A stretch of DNA of 64,000 nt. It comes from an uncultured Gemmatimonadaceae bacterium (GTDB taxonomy: Bacteria; Gemmatimonadota; Gemmatimonadetes; Gemmatimonadales; Gemmatimonadaceae). The stretch covers positions 32,001 to 96,000 of the forward strand of contig CAWHHI010000017.1 of assembly GCA_963829055.1 (NCBI GenBank), read 5' to 3'. Within the stretch, counting starts at the first letter, position 1. The number at the start of each line of letters is the position of its first letter. The position numbers and the translations under genes are program-made. Below, piece after piece: positions 32,901 to 43,782 of this stretch. The notes below the pieces were generated by a model. The model had not been told where the DNA came from, searched no databases, and saw only the letters and a program-made list of their open reading frames with translations.

Positions 32901-35330
32901 GTGCATCTATCTCGTGGGGTGGTAGTTCTTGGATTGCTGACCGCTGCCTTTGCTGGCCATACCCGTTCACTGATTGCTCAGGCGGCGCAGACCGACGGCC
33001 GAGCCCGCGCCGACTCCGCGCGCACGCGCATCGTGCGCCCCGAGCGGGCACGCCAAACGCCAAGGCGCAGACCGGACGCGTCACCGTGGCACTCCCGCCG
33101 CGGGCGGCTGCCCGACCTGGAACCTGCCATCGCCGCGGCCGCGTACCGCGATGCACGAGCGCGCGAGATCATCGACCACGCCCGCCTCGCCCGCGTGCGC
33201 CAGGACTCGACCCTAACGAGCTACGACGCGACGGTGAAGCAGCGCCTCTCGGCCGGCCTCAACGTCAAAGCGATCGGCCGCGACCGGCTGCTCTTCCGAT
33301 CCGAGCTCGCCGCACGCGTACGGTGGAACCAGGCGAACCGCGTGTGGGTGGACGTCCTCGGTGCGCGCACGGCAGTCCCTGTGTCGTTCGCCGGAGTGAA
33401 GGTGCTCACCGGCATCGCCGAGCTCGTCCCGATTCCGTACTTCGCCGGCAGCGAGCGGCTGATGTGGTGGGTCAACATGGACGAGGACAAGGATGACGAC
33501 GAGGACATGTTCTCGTACGTGCACCCGCTCGAGCGTGGCGCCGAGGCGGTCTACGAGTACCGCTCCGGCGACTCCGCTCTGATTCGTCTGCCGGGCGGCA
33601 AGGAAATCTCACTGCGCGAGGTGACCATCCATCCGCGCGAGGCGAGTCCCGACCTGATCGTCGGCTCGCTGTGGTTCGAGGCGGCGGGCGGGCAGCTCGT
33701 GCGCGCCGCATTCAAGCCCGCGGCACCGATGGACATGATGAAGGTCATTGGCGAGGACTCGTTCGAGGACGTCCCGGCGCCGATACGTGCGACCTTGCTC
33801 ACGCCGGCCGAGTTCACGGTCGAGTCGTTCACCATCGAGTACGGACTCTACGGAGAACGTTGGTGGCTGCCGCGTTCGCAGACGGCGCGCGGCGAGATGC
33901 ACATGGGGTTCACTCGCTCGGTCGCGACCATCGATCAGAGCTTTCGCTACGCCTCGGTAAACGGCACCGACTCGCTTCCCACCGTCCCTGCGTCCGCGCG
34001 GCGATTCGGAGCGGACTTCGGCAAGGATGTCGGGACCGTCGTCGGCGGCGTGGTCGATGGCGTCGTGCCGGGGAAGCAGTTCAAGCGACGCGATGACACG
34101 CTCGACTGCGCGAAGGGCGACACCGCGGTGCACCGCGAGCGTCGCGGCGACGTTCGCATGACGATCAGCATGCCATGCGACACCGACGCGCTGATCCACT
34201 CGCCAGAACTGCCGAAGTCGATCTTCGACGCAGGCGAGGAGCAATTCGGTCTCGCCGATGCGCGTGCGCTGGCGAAGGATCTCGGGCTGGATACCGAGCT
34301 GGCCGAGTTGTCAGGCTCATCGTCGTCATCGACGACGACGACGGTCTCGTACGGCTGGCGGCGCGGCCTGATGCGGTACAATCGAGTGGAGGGTCTCTCG
34401 GTCGGGGCGTTAGGCGAGCGCGCGCTCGGGAAGCGCTACGACGGCAGCGCGCTCGTGCGTTTGGGGACCGCGGACCTCATGCCTAACGTCGAGCTGCGCG
34501 TCGCCCGTGGTGACGAGCGTCGGTCCATTGGCCTGACGGGATATCACCGCCTCGACAGCGCGAACGACTGGGGAGACCCATTCGGCATCGGTGGATCGCT
34601 CTCGGCGCTCGTGTTCGGTCGCGACGAGGGCTACTACTACCGGAGCTCGGGTGTGGAGATGACGGGAACGCGAGCGCCGGAAGCGTGGTCGAGCATCACG
34701 TGGCGCGTGTTCGTGCAGCGCGAGCACGACGCGCCCGCCGAGACGGACATCTCGCTGCCGAACGCGTTCCGCGGCGCGACGTTCGAGCCTAACGTGACGG
34801 CGATTCCCGCCAGCGAAGGTGGGGCGAACGCTCGGCTCCGAGCCGCACACGGGCTCGACCCGCGCGGCCTTCGCCTCTCCGCCGACCTGCGCGCCGAGGC
34901 AGCCGCGGGCACGTTCGACTACACGCGTGTGGCCGCGGACTTCACGGCGTCGCGGTATCTGTTTCGCAATGTCGGGCTGGCGCTCATGGGCGGCGCCGGT
35001 ACAAGCGGAGGAACGCTCTCGCCGCAGCGGGAGTGGTTCATTGGGGGAACGCATACGGTTCGCGGATTTGCGCCGGGAACGTTGACGGGCGACTCGTACT
35101 GGCTCGCGCGCGCCGAGCTCGGGTTCGGCGGCTCGGTCATCCGGCCCATTGTCTTCTATGACGCGGGCTGGGCGGGATCTCGCTCGGAGTGGAGTCGATC
35201 GTATGGAAACATTCGTGGCGCCGGCGCGGGGCTGTCGTTCCTCGATGGATTGGCGCGGATCGATCTCGCTCGCGGCGTAGACCCGCGCACGGTGTGGCAC
35301 GGGCATCTGTATGTCGAGGCTTCGTTCTAG
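32901..35330 (+). CDS. Outer membrane protein with C-terminal Omp85/ShlB-like beta-barrel (809 aa)
   Basis: Signal peptide; RYNRVEGL; GGTHTVRGF (VRGF lid motif); FYDAGW; C-terminal Phe. Confidence 0.82.
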   Translation: MHLSRGVVVLGLLTAAFAGHTRSLIAQAAQTDGRARADSARTRIVRPERARQTPRRRPDASPWHSRRGRLPDLEPAIAAAAYRDARAREIIDHARLARVRQDSTLTSYDATVKQRLSAGLNVKAIGRDRLLFRSELAARVRWNQANRVWVDVLGARTAVPVSFAGVKVLTGIAELVPIPYFAGSERLMWWVNMDEDKDDDEDMFSYVHPLERGAEAVYEYRSGDSALIRLPGGKEISLREVTIHPREASPDLIVGSLWFEAAGGQLVRAAFKPAAPMDMMKVIGEDSFEDVPAPIRATLLTPAEFTVESFTIEYGLYGERWWLPRSQTARGEMHMGFTRSVATIDQSFRYASVNGTDSLPTVPASARRFGADFGKDVGTVVGGVVDGVVPGKQFKRRDDTLDCAKGDTAVHRERRGDVRMTISMPCDTDALIHSPELPKSIFDAGEEQFGLADARALAKDLGLDTELAELSGSSSSSTTTTVSYGWRRGLMRYNRVEGLSVGALGERALGKRYDGSALVRLGTADLMPNVELRVARGDERRSIGLTGYHRLDSANDWGDPFGIGGSLSALVFGRDEGYYYRSSGVEMTGTRAPEAWSSITWRVFVQREHDAPAETDISLPNAFRGATFEPNVTAIPASEGGANARLRAAHGLDPRGLRLSADLRAEAAAGTFDYTRVAADFTASRYLFRNVGLALMGGAGTSGGTLSPQREWFIGGTHTVRGFAPGTLTGDSYWLARAELGFGGSVIRPIVFYDAGWAGSRSEWSRSYGNIRGAGAGLSFLDGLARIDLARGVDPRTVWHGHLYVEASF

Positions 35331-35441
35331 GTACGGCGATGCTGGGCACGGCCTTGCATTTCGGCACCGTCGCGCCACGGCCGGTGGGAACTGCGATTGA
35401 ACGGATTTACACGGAAACGGCCGGATACTCGCTCAGATGTT

Positions 35442-35633
35442 GTCATTCCGAGCGGGGCCGCGGAGCCATGTCATTCCGAGCGAGCCGAAGCCGAGTCGAG
35501 GAATCGTCGATCGTCCCGATAGAGAGGCCCTCTACCGTATGACAGTCGCGATTCCTCGACTGCGGCCCTTCGGGCCTTCGCTCGGAATGACATAGCCCTC
35601 GACTGCGGCCTGACGGCCTCCGCTCGGAATGAC
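35442..35633. repeat. REP-like palindromic element, family B, arms duplicated
   Basis: GTCATTCCGAGCG twice, GTCGAGGAATC..GATTCCTCGAC, CGCTCGGAATGAC twice. Confidence 0.9.
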
Positions 35634-35653
35634 AGCAACCGGCCGATGGCGTC

Positions 35654-36956
35654 TCACGCGCCCATCGTTTGCACTCGGCGGAGCAGCGCGGCCGCCTGGC
35701 TCGGGGCCGGGCCGTCGATCAGGTCGAAGGCCAGGGCTACCTCCAGCGCCTGCTGCACCAGCTTCACGTTGCCGCGCGTCCGCGCGCGGCGGAGAACGAT
35801 CGTCAGCAGCAGCGATGCGAGGGCGTCGCGTTGATCCGGCGCGAGGGCGACCAGCGGCTCGACCCAGCACGGACTCGAGCCGTCATCACCGATGAGTGCC
35901 ATCACGGCCGCGGTGGCGCCGCGCGCAGTAACGCGCCGGTCGTACGATGGCCGGCGGCTCGCGGCCCGGGGCCAGCGCCGCCGCGCAGAGGGCGCCCATC
36001 ACGTACGTGCTGTGATAGGACGTCTCCAGCGCGATTCGCGCTCGATCATCACCCGCGAACGGCCTGTACCGCGTCTCGCCTAACGCGGCGCCCGGCAGGA
36101 AGCCGAGCGTGTCCTGGAGATTGGCGACGATGCTGAACGCGAACGTCGCGGCCGGCGTCCACGCGAGCCCGAGCATCGGCCACGTCATGAGTACTTCCGC
36201 CGTCAGGTCGAAGTCGTTCGAGTCGAGGCTCAACGCCAGCGCGGCATCCGCGTCCGCGGTAATGGCCGCTGGCGACCGCAACCCGGCAATGCGTTGGCGG
36301 CCCACGTCGCTGGCGTACATGACGGCACGCGTGAACGAGCAAATGTCGTGACGTGTAGCGCCAAGCGCGTCGATCGGCCTGCCGAGCATGGAGTCGGCGA
36401 CGAGATCGGCATCGCGACGCGTGGGTGGCTCGACGGCGCTCCAGAGCCGCGCCAGCCACGCCTGTTCCAGCACGCGATGCGGCAGCCGTTCGGGTCCGAA
36501 GTTCGGACCCATGGCCAGGCTCCGCGAAAGCAGCGCGTCGACGCGTGGGTCGGGGAACCCGAGGCGACTGAGGATGATGTGTCCGATCGAACGGTCGCGA
36601 GCCGTGGCCGGATCGAGGCACATGCCGGCAAGGACATCGTCGTGGCGCGCGTGCGGAAGCAGCAGCACGGCGAGCGTTTCGAATCGCTCACGGATCCGTT
36701 CGTCCAGCGTCGAGAGCGGCTCGACGCAGAGCAACAGCATTGCCGTATCGGAGACGGCCTTCTCGCGCATCCGTCCAGCAACGCTGACGTCTCGCGTAGC
36801 GGGGACAGGCGCTGCGGTCGTGTCGGCCATGGACCGAACCATTCGCAGCGCCAGATCGAGGACATCCACGACTCTGCGGATCAGATCCGCATGATCCCAG
36901 CGAACGACAGGATTGGCCGGCATGGACACGGCCGCTGTTGCGTTAGGCAATGACAT
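35654..36956 (-). CDS. Hypothetical alpha-helical protein (DUF6895-like); frameshift near 35930
   Basis: EKAVSDTAMLL, PERLPHRVLE, FTRAVMYASD, DFDLTAE, SYHSTYVMG; continues into ORF 35654-35905. Family call from memory of motifs. Confidence 0.65.
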
Positions 36957-37249
36957 ATGCCTGCACATCGCTGGGGGAGCCCGTCATCCCTTCACCCGGG
37001 CATCGTATTGCGACAGGAGCGTCCCGGTGCCCGAAATCGATCGCATTGCTGCACACGAACGCTTCGGTGGCTTCCCGGTGGCGTTCCGTTCGTACGTCCG
37101 GCATGACACCAACCTCCTACGGAGTTGAACCACTCGACGCCGCACGACGTCACTCGGCTGTCGAGTGCCCTGCAAGATCAACTCGGCTATGGCGTCTGAT
37201 AACTGGGGGAAACCCTAGTCACGAGCTTCCGGGCGCCGACAGGAAACGG

Positions 37250-37645
37250 CTGGAACTGCGGAACGGCAACTGCAACTGCAACTGCAAGACAGGATGGCCA
37301 GGATTGGCAGGATTAACACGATGACGGCCTCACGTCGAGCGGCGACTCGGCGGGGCCTAACGAATGTGGGAACAGCATCTCAGCGAGAGTGGCGTCCCGA
37401 GCAGCCGTTCCTCTCATACCTGGGCTCGTTGCGCGAGGCCGAGCGCGAACGGAGGCTCTGTTCAATCCTGTCCATCCTGCCAATCCTGTCATGCAGTTGC
37501 AGTTGCCGGACGTTTTCGAAACGGCTCTCGGGGAGAGTAGCATCCCGAGCGGCCGTTGCCCTATTCCCGGCTCATTGCGACAGCAAGCGTGGATGTAGAG
37601 CCGTCATCCTGTAAATCCTTGCCATCCTGGCTATCCTGTCGTGCT
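37250..37645. repeat. Composite repeat of CAACTG hexamers and CAGGAT-containing 9-mers in inverted arrangement (family E)
   Basis: CAACTGx3-GACAGGATGGCCAGGATTGGCAGGATT; AATCCTGTCCATCCTGCCAATCCTGTC-CAGTTGx2; CATCCTGTAAATCCTTGCCATCCTGGCTATCCTGTC. Confidence 0.8.
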
Positions 37646-37715
37646 GTTCTTTCACTATTGCAGCACTCGAGACCCCGTGCGATCGTTCCACTCACCTGGT
37701 GACTGGAGCGAACGC

Positions 37716-38048
37716 GTGGCACGAACTCCGCCCGAAATGCTTCAGGGCACGGTCGACATCCTCATCCTGCGCACGCTGGCGTGGGAGCCCATGCACGGCT
37801 ACGCCATATCGCGCTGGCTCGACGCCCGCAGCGACGGCGTCCTGACCGTCGACGGTGCCGCGCTCTACCAGGCCCTCCACCGCCTCGAGAACCGCAAATG
37901 GGTCTCGGCCACGTGGGGTGTATCGGAAAACAACCGCAAGGCGAAGTACTATGCGCTGACGGCGGCGGGAAAGGCGCAACTCAGAGCCGAGTCGGCAGTG
38001 TGGAAGACGTACGCCGAAGCGGTCGCCAAGGTGCTGAGCCCAGGGTGA
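37716..38048 (+). CDS. PadR-family transcriptional regulator
   Basis: MLQGTVDILILRTLAWEPMHGYAI, ALYQALHRLE, WGVSENNRKAKYY. Confidence 0.95.
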   Translation: MARTPPEMLQGTVDILILRTLAWEPMHGYAISRWLDARSDGVLTVDGAALYQALHRLENRKWVSATWGVSENNRKAKYYALTAAGKAQLRAESAVWKTYAEAVAKVLSPG

Positions 38049-38058
38049 GGATGCGGTC

Positions 38059-38796
38059 ATGCCTAACAAGCCATCACGGATCTTCCAGCTGCCGTGGCGC
38101 ACACGCAATCAGATCGTGCGCGACGTGGACGCCGAGCTGGCCTTCCACCTCGAGATGCGCGTGAGCGAGCTCGTGGCCGCCGGTGCCGATCCCGAGCAGC
38201 GCGCGTCGCCGAGCAGGCGAGGAGTTCGGCGATCTGGAATTCACGCGCGCGTACTGTCGTGAGGTCGACGAGCGAACGAATCGCGAGACCTGGCTCGCGG
38301 ATACGCTGACCGAATGGCGCCAGGATATCCGCTATGCGTGGCGCACCATGCGGTTCGCGAACCCGTCGTTCGCCATCGTGTCGCTCGTGACGCTCATGCT
38401 GGCAATCGGGCGAACACCGCGATTTTCAGCGTCACGCGTGCGGTGCTGCTCAGTCCCCTGCCCTACGGACGCCGTCGTCACTCGTGGCGGTGTACGAAAC
38501 GCCACGCTCCGCGCCCGCGAGCCGCAATCCGCTCTCGGTACCGAACCTCGTCGACTACAGGGCGGCACAGCACACGCTGACGGGGCTGGCCGCGTATGAC
38601 GATCGCTCGATCACGTGGCGTCCGACGATCGGACCCCGGTTGCTGACGAAGCATGCTCGGTACGGGGCAACCACGGTTCGAGCTGTTGCAGGTCGCCGTG
38701 GCGTTAGGCCTGGTGAGCGTGGTCGTCGTCGCGTGTCTGGTCCCGGCAGCACGTGCCATGCGCGTCGATCCCATCACGAGCCTGCGCGCCGAGTAG
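38059..38796 (+). pseudogene. ADOP permease remnant with large internal deletion
   Basis: N-terminus (DVDAELAFHLEMR, QDIRYAWR, ANTAIFSV) joined near 38630-38690 to the C-terminus (ACLVPAARAMRVDPITSLRAE*); 738 bp versus 2.4-2.8 kb for paralogues. Confidence 0.8.
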
Positions 38797-38823
38797 GTAG
38801 TTGAAACACTACTGCGGAGGCGG

Positions 38824-39789
38824 CTATTGTGGCGGCGTGTAGCGCTCGTTCGTGGGCGCCGCGCCAAAGCCCGCCTGTGTGCCTCCGCCGATGACGTAGA
38901 TCGCCTTCCCGACAGTCGCCGCGCCGAGGCCGTGTCGCGGCGTCGGCATGTCGGCCACGCGCCTCCAGGAATTGCGAGCGGGATCGTATTCCTCGTTATG
39001 CGGAAACACTCCGGGCGCTTCGCCGCCGAATACGTACAGCTTTCCGCCCGACGCGGCGGCACCCAACCCACCGCGCGCGGTCGGCATGTCAGTCAGGCGT
39101 TGCCATGTATTCGTCGCCGGCGAGTACGCTTCGAGCGTGGCAAAGTTGGCCGGCGCCCGCCCGCCGGCGACGAAGACGCGGTCGCCTATGACAGCGGCGG
39201 CCAGATGCTCGCGCGGCGTCGGCATCGGTGCGAGCGACGTCCAGCTGTCGGTAGCCGGATCGTAAACCTCGTTGGTCCCGACGACGCCTCCACCACTCAC
39301 GCCGCCGATCGCGTAGATCTTCCCTGCGTACTCGACGGTGACGTGCGCCGCACGAGGCGCTGGCATGGCGCGGCGCGAGGTCCACGTTCGCGCCCCCGGG
39401 TTGTACGCGAACACGCTTGCCGACGGTGGACCGGCGCTCGTGTAGCCGCCGGTCACGATCACCTGACCTCCAACCGCGGAGACGCCAGGGTGATTACGAC
39501 CTTCGGGCATCGCCGGACCGGGTGTCCAACGATCCGCGGCGACGTCGTAGATCTCGAGCGTGGCAACGGTCGCGCGCTGGGCGTCGTATCCGCCCGCGGT
39601 ATAGATGCGCCCGTCAATGAGCACCGAAGGCATTTCCTGTCGCGCGGTGAGTAGCGGCGCGCGGGCGTCCCAGCTCCCGACGCCGGGCTGCGATTGGTCG
39701 GTCGACGGGCCATCGTCATCGCCGCACGCAACGGCGAGCGAGAGGGCCATCGAACAGATGACCGTGTGCGCTGCGTGCCGTGCACGCAT
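38824..39789 (-). CDS. Kelch-repeat beta-propeller lipoprotein
   Basis: Lipobox LAVAC; six repeats of IY..GG...Y.P....W....MP..R. Confidence 0.92.
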   Translation of the reverse strand: MRARHAAHTVICSMALSLAVACGDDDGPSTDQSQPGVGSWDARAPLLTARQEMPSVLIDGRIYTAGGYDAQRATVATLEIYDVAADRWTPGPAMPEGRNHPGVSAVGGQVIVTGGYTSAGPPSASVFAYNPGARTWTSRRAMPAPRAAHVTVEYAGKIYAIGGVSGGGVVGTNEVYDPATDSWTSLAPMPTPREHLAAAVIGDRVFVAGGRAPANFATLEAYSPATNTWQRLTDMPTARGGLGAAASGGKLYVFGGEAPGVFPHNEEYDPARNSWRRVADMPTPRHGLGAATVGKAIYVIGGGTQAGFGAAPTNERYTPPQ

Positions 39790-39826
39790 GGTGGTCAAGC
39801 CATCAGCTCCGTACACGCGGCTCGCT

Positions 39827-40806
39827 CTAGTTCCAGCGCAGGCCGCGCAGCTGGTCGAGGTTCAGGTTGCCCCCCGAGAGCACGACCGCGACGCGCGAGC
39901 CCGCCGGCAGCCTAACGAGCCCGTGCAGCAGCGCCGCGACCGGCGCCGCCGCCGCGCCTTCGACCACGAGCTTGCAGCGCTCCATCACCCAGATCATCGC
40001 GTCGAAGATGTCGCGGTCGGGCAGCGCCACGATCTCGTCCACGAACCGCTGCACCACCGAGAAGTTGAGCTCACCCGACGCGACGCACGCGCAGGCCGTC
40101 GATGATCGTGCGGCAGTCGATCGTCTCGAGCCGTCCGGCTTCGACGCTGCGCTGCATCGCCGGGCCGTCCGACGACTCCACGCCGATCACGCGGACCTTC
40201 GGGTTGTGACTCTTCACCGCCATCGACACGCCGGCGATGAGTCCGCCGCCGCCGATCGGCACGACGATCGCGTCGAGCTCCGGCCAGTCCTGCACGATCT
40301 CCAGGCCTAACGTGCCCTGCCCCGCGATGAGCTGCTCGTCGTCGAACGGGTGCACGTAGGTCAGCCCTTCCGTGCGAACGAGCTCCTTCGCCTTCTCGTT
40401 CGCTTCATCCCAGATGTTGCCGTGCAGCACCACCTCGGCACCGTAGCCCTTGCGTCGCCGCGATCTTCGCCGGCGTCGCGTTCGTGGCCATGCACACCAC
40501 GGCACGAATGCCGTGGATCTTCGCCGCCAGCGCCACGCCCTGCGCGTGATTGCCCGCCGACGAGCAGACGACGCCGCGTCGCTTCTGCTCTTCGGGCATG
40601 AGCGCGAACTTGTTGAGCGGTCCGCGGATCTTGTACGACCCGACGCGCTGGAAGAGCTCGGCCTTGAGTCGCACGTCGAAGCCCGTTCGCTCGCTCAGCT
40701 GACGCGACGTCAGCAGCGGCGTGTGCTTGATGTGCTCGGCGATGCGGGCACGCGTCTCCTGGAAGTCGGAGAGCGTCAGCGCGAAGAGATCGGCGGTTTG
40801 CGTCAC
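39827..40806 (-). CDS. ilvA: PLP-dependent threonine/serine dehydratase (short form); frameshifted
   Basis: KAELFQRVGSYKIRG, SAGNHAQG, HPFDD..IAGQGT, PIGGGGL, VVEGAAA, LSGGN. Confidence 0.9.
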
Positions 40807-41088
40807 GGGTTCTCGGATTGGCGTTACAGCGTTTGTTCGACAGGAAGCGTGAATCCCGCAGATACGGCGGGTACAGCGGGCGCCGCGGTCGTGTGGCGAG
40901 CGAAGGTAGGCGCGGGCCGCGGCGGCGTCGAGGGTCGCCTCATGTGGGGCAGCGACGGTGCCACGATTTCGCGGAGCGCGGCATCAGATCATCACTCCCC
41001 ACGAACAGCGCAGTGCGGTATCGTATTGCACACTGCAGTCCGCCACGTCAAACCACCACTGTTGGAGTCAATCGAGGAGTCATTGGCA

Positions 41089-41650
41089 ATGCGTCAATCT
41101 GTTCGGTTCACAGTGCTCAATTGCGCCCTGGTGCTGGCGTGCGCCGCTCCGGCCGTCGCGCAATCCAGCGGTGGCCTCACGGCCGACCTCGTCAGCGACG
41201 TCACCGAGGCGCAGAAGAAGTTCGTCGATCTCGCGAAGGCCATTCCGGCGGAGAAGTACGACTGGCGCCCGAGTGCGGGCGTGCGCTCGGTGGGCGAGGT
41301 GCTGCGCCACGTCGCGAGCGACAACTATCTGATCCCGGCCGCGCTGGGCTTCAAGGCCGATCCGTCGACGGGCATCAAGGGCGAGGACTACAAGACGGCG
41401 CAGGCGTTCGAGAGCGAAGAAGTCGACGAAGGAGCAGACGGTCGCGGACCTCGAGAAGTCGTTCGCGCACCTGAAGCAGAGCATGCAGGCGACTCCGGCC
41501 TCGAAGCTCGGCGATCAGGTGAAGATGTTCGGCCAGTCGTTCACGACGCAGCGCGCGTGGATCCTCGGCACGACGCACCTCCACGAGCATCTGGGCCAGT
41601 TGATCGCGTACGCGCGGTCGAACAACGTGAAGCCGCCCTGGAGTCAGTAG
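41089..41650 (+). CDS. DinB-family protein with signal peptide; frameshift near 41415
   Basis: AIPAEKYDWRPSAGVRSVGEVLRHVA; HLHEHLGQLIAYARSNNVKPPWS. Confidence 0.9.
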
Positions 41651-41716
41651 GCCGGCCGGGAAGGAGGCCGTAGGAAGGAGGAGGACGGCGGCGGGCGGAC
41701 GGCGGAGAAACGGCGT

Positions 41717-41812
41717 GTCATCCCGAGCGGCGGAGCGAGCGATGTCCTGTGACGTCATCGTAGCCAGCCTGGCCACGGTACTCACGGAGATCCCTCGCTG
41801 TCGCTCGTATGC
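41717..41812. repeat. REP-like element, family A, degenerate, flanked by inverted GGAAGGAGGCC units
   Basis: GTCATCCCGAGCGG..ATCGTAGCCAGCCTGGCCACG..AGATCCCTCGCTGTCGCTCG. Confidence 0.8.
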
Positions 41813-41842
41813 CAGCCTCCTTCCCGGCCTCCTTCCTATGGC

Positions 41843-42305
41843 CTATTTCTTTCGCCGCGGCCGTGCACTCGATCTCGATCAGTGCGCCTGGCACCACGAG
41901 GCCCGCGACGCCCACCGTTGTGCGTGCCGGAGGATCGTTCGGGAAGAACTCGCGGTAGACCCCGTTCATCGCCTGGAAGTCCTTCACGTCGGCGAGGAAC
42001 ACGGAGCACTTCGCGATGTCCTGCATCGTCCCGCCGGCGAGCGTCACCGAGGCCTTGATGTTCTCGAGCGCCTGACGCGTCTGGCCCTCGATCCCGCCCT
42101 CCGCGAGTCCGCCACCACCCGGCTTCGTCCCGAGCGCGCCGGAGAGAAAGACGATGTCGCCGACCTTCACGGCGGTCGACAGCACGCCCGGGCGGGCGTT
42201 AGGCGCGTTGATCACCTGCTTGGCGGCCTGGCCGAATACCGGCGCGGCGCTGAACATGCCCGCGATGACGGAGCAGGCAACGATCGCTCTACGATTTCTC
42301 TTCAT
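41843..42305 (-). CDS. ridA: RidA/YjgF-family protein with N-terminal signal peptide
   Basis: VFLSG, QTRQALENIK, DFQAMNGVYREFF, PPARTTV, LIEIEC; stop inferred with a 1-nt indel. Confidence 0.9.
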
Positions 42306-42525
42306 GGGAGGCACCTCGTTAGGAGAACTCTTGTCCAATGGATTCCTTGTGGATTTGTATTCACGCATCTTCGCGCCAGGGCCGGTGGGAACTACGATTC
42401 GGGCGGAATGGAACCCTCGGAAAACAGCCGGATGCTGTCGAGTCAGTCGCTCTGTATCCGGTGATTCATCGGCTTCTGTCCGCAAAATCGTAGTTCCCAC
42501 CGACCGCAGCGCGACGATGTATCGC

Positions 42526-43486
42526 TCAAATCAGCACACGCAACGCACCCGGCATCACCCGGACCTCGAACTTCGTCCCCTCGGCCATGAGGTCCCCGCA
42601 CCCGAAGAACGCCGATCGTTTCTCCGTTTCTATCGTCACGCGCACGGCGCGCCACGCCGAGAAGACATTGGACGCGATCGCCGACCCGCGCAACAGGCGC
42701 GTCAGCGCCGAGAGGAGTCGGACGCGGGCGACGTCGTGCACCACACACACGTCCAGCGCACCGTCCGCGTTGTCCGCGGGCACGGGCAGCGCCAGCCCGC
42801 CACCTAACGTCCGCTGGTTCGCGATGAACACGCCCTGCGTGCGGACTTCCGTGCTCTGATCCGTCGCTTCGCCGGGCACGCGCCACGTCAGGCGGACGGT
42901 CTCCGTGAGGCCTGGCCGGAACAGCACGTTCGCGCCCGCGGATATCCGATAGACGCCGCTGCCAAGCGAGTCGGCGGCCATGCGCGCGAGTGGATGGAGC
43001 GCCTTGATCCATGGCACGACGAGCGCGCTGTGCGCCCCAATGCCGATTCCGCCCGCGGTCACGAACGGTCGCCCGTTCACCTCGAGCAGGTCGATCGCGC
43101 GGGTGCTGCGCCTGACGATGCGGTCGATCGCGCCGGCAATGTCATCCGGAATGCCATTCGCTCGCGCGAAATCATTGGCGGTCCCTAACGGGATGACGCC
43201 GAGCGGAACGCCGGTGCCGGCCAGCTCCTGCGCCACGAGTCTGACGGTGCCATCACCCCCGGCGGCAATCACTACCGCGGGTCGTTGCTCGGCCGCCATG
43301 CGCTCGTGCACGAGCGCCGCCGCTTCATCAGCGGAGCGCGGCGAGACGATCTCGATACCATAACGCCGCCCGAGCGCGCGCTCCGCCGGCTTGCGCCAGT
43401 CATCGCCGGCGAACACGGCGTGCGTGCGGATTGGCGACGACGAGCGCTGCGGCGGTCGCGCCAATCGGCGTTGGGCGGTGGACCAC
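42526..43486 (-). CDS. Diacylglycerol/lipid kinase family (YegS/DAGK); N-terminal frameshift
   Basis: LVVANPHA, AAGGDGTV, IPLGTANDFAR, IAN..GGG, DGALDV. Confidence 0.9.
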
Positions 43487-43782
43487 GGGATTAGCCGCCG
43501 TCGAATGAAGGCGCCCGCGTAAGGCGAGGTCTGGATCACGGGGCGGTAAGCTAACCTCACTCGCGGCCCTTGCCAGCCATAGCCTGCGACGCGTACGATA
43601 TGCCCCCCGCGGGTTCGCGTTCGCGATCGTCGTCGAACGCAGTAGCGGGTTGCCTCCTCGCAGTCCGGAGTGCACCCACCGCAGGGCGCACGTCTCACAG
43701 CGCCTCACCTCACCGCACGCCACTTGCCGCCCGCGCCCTTTGGCGCGTGTCGCGGCGCAGGCGTCTCCGCAGGAGGGCAGGA

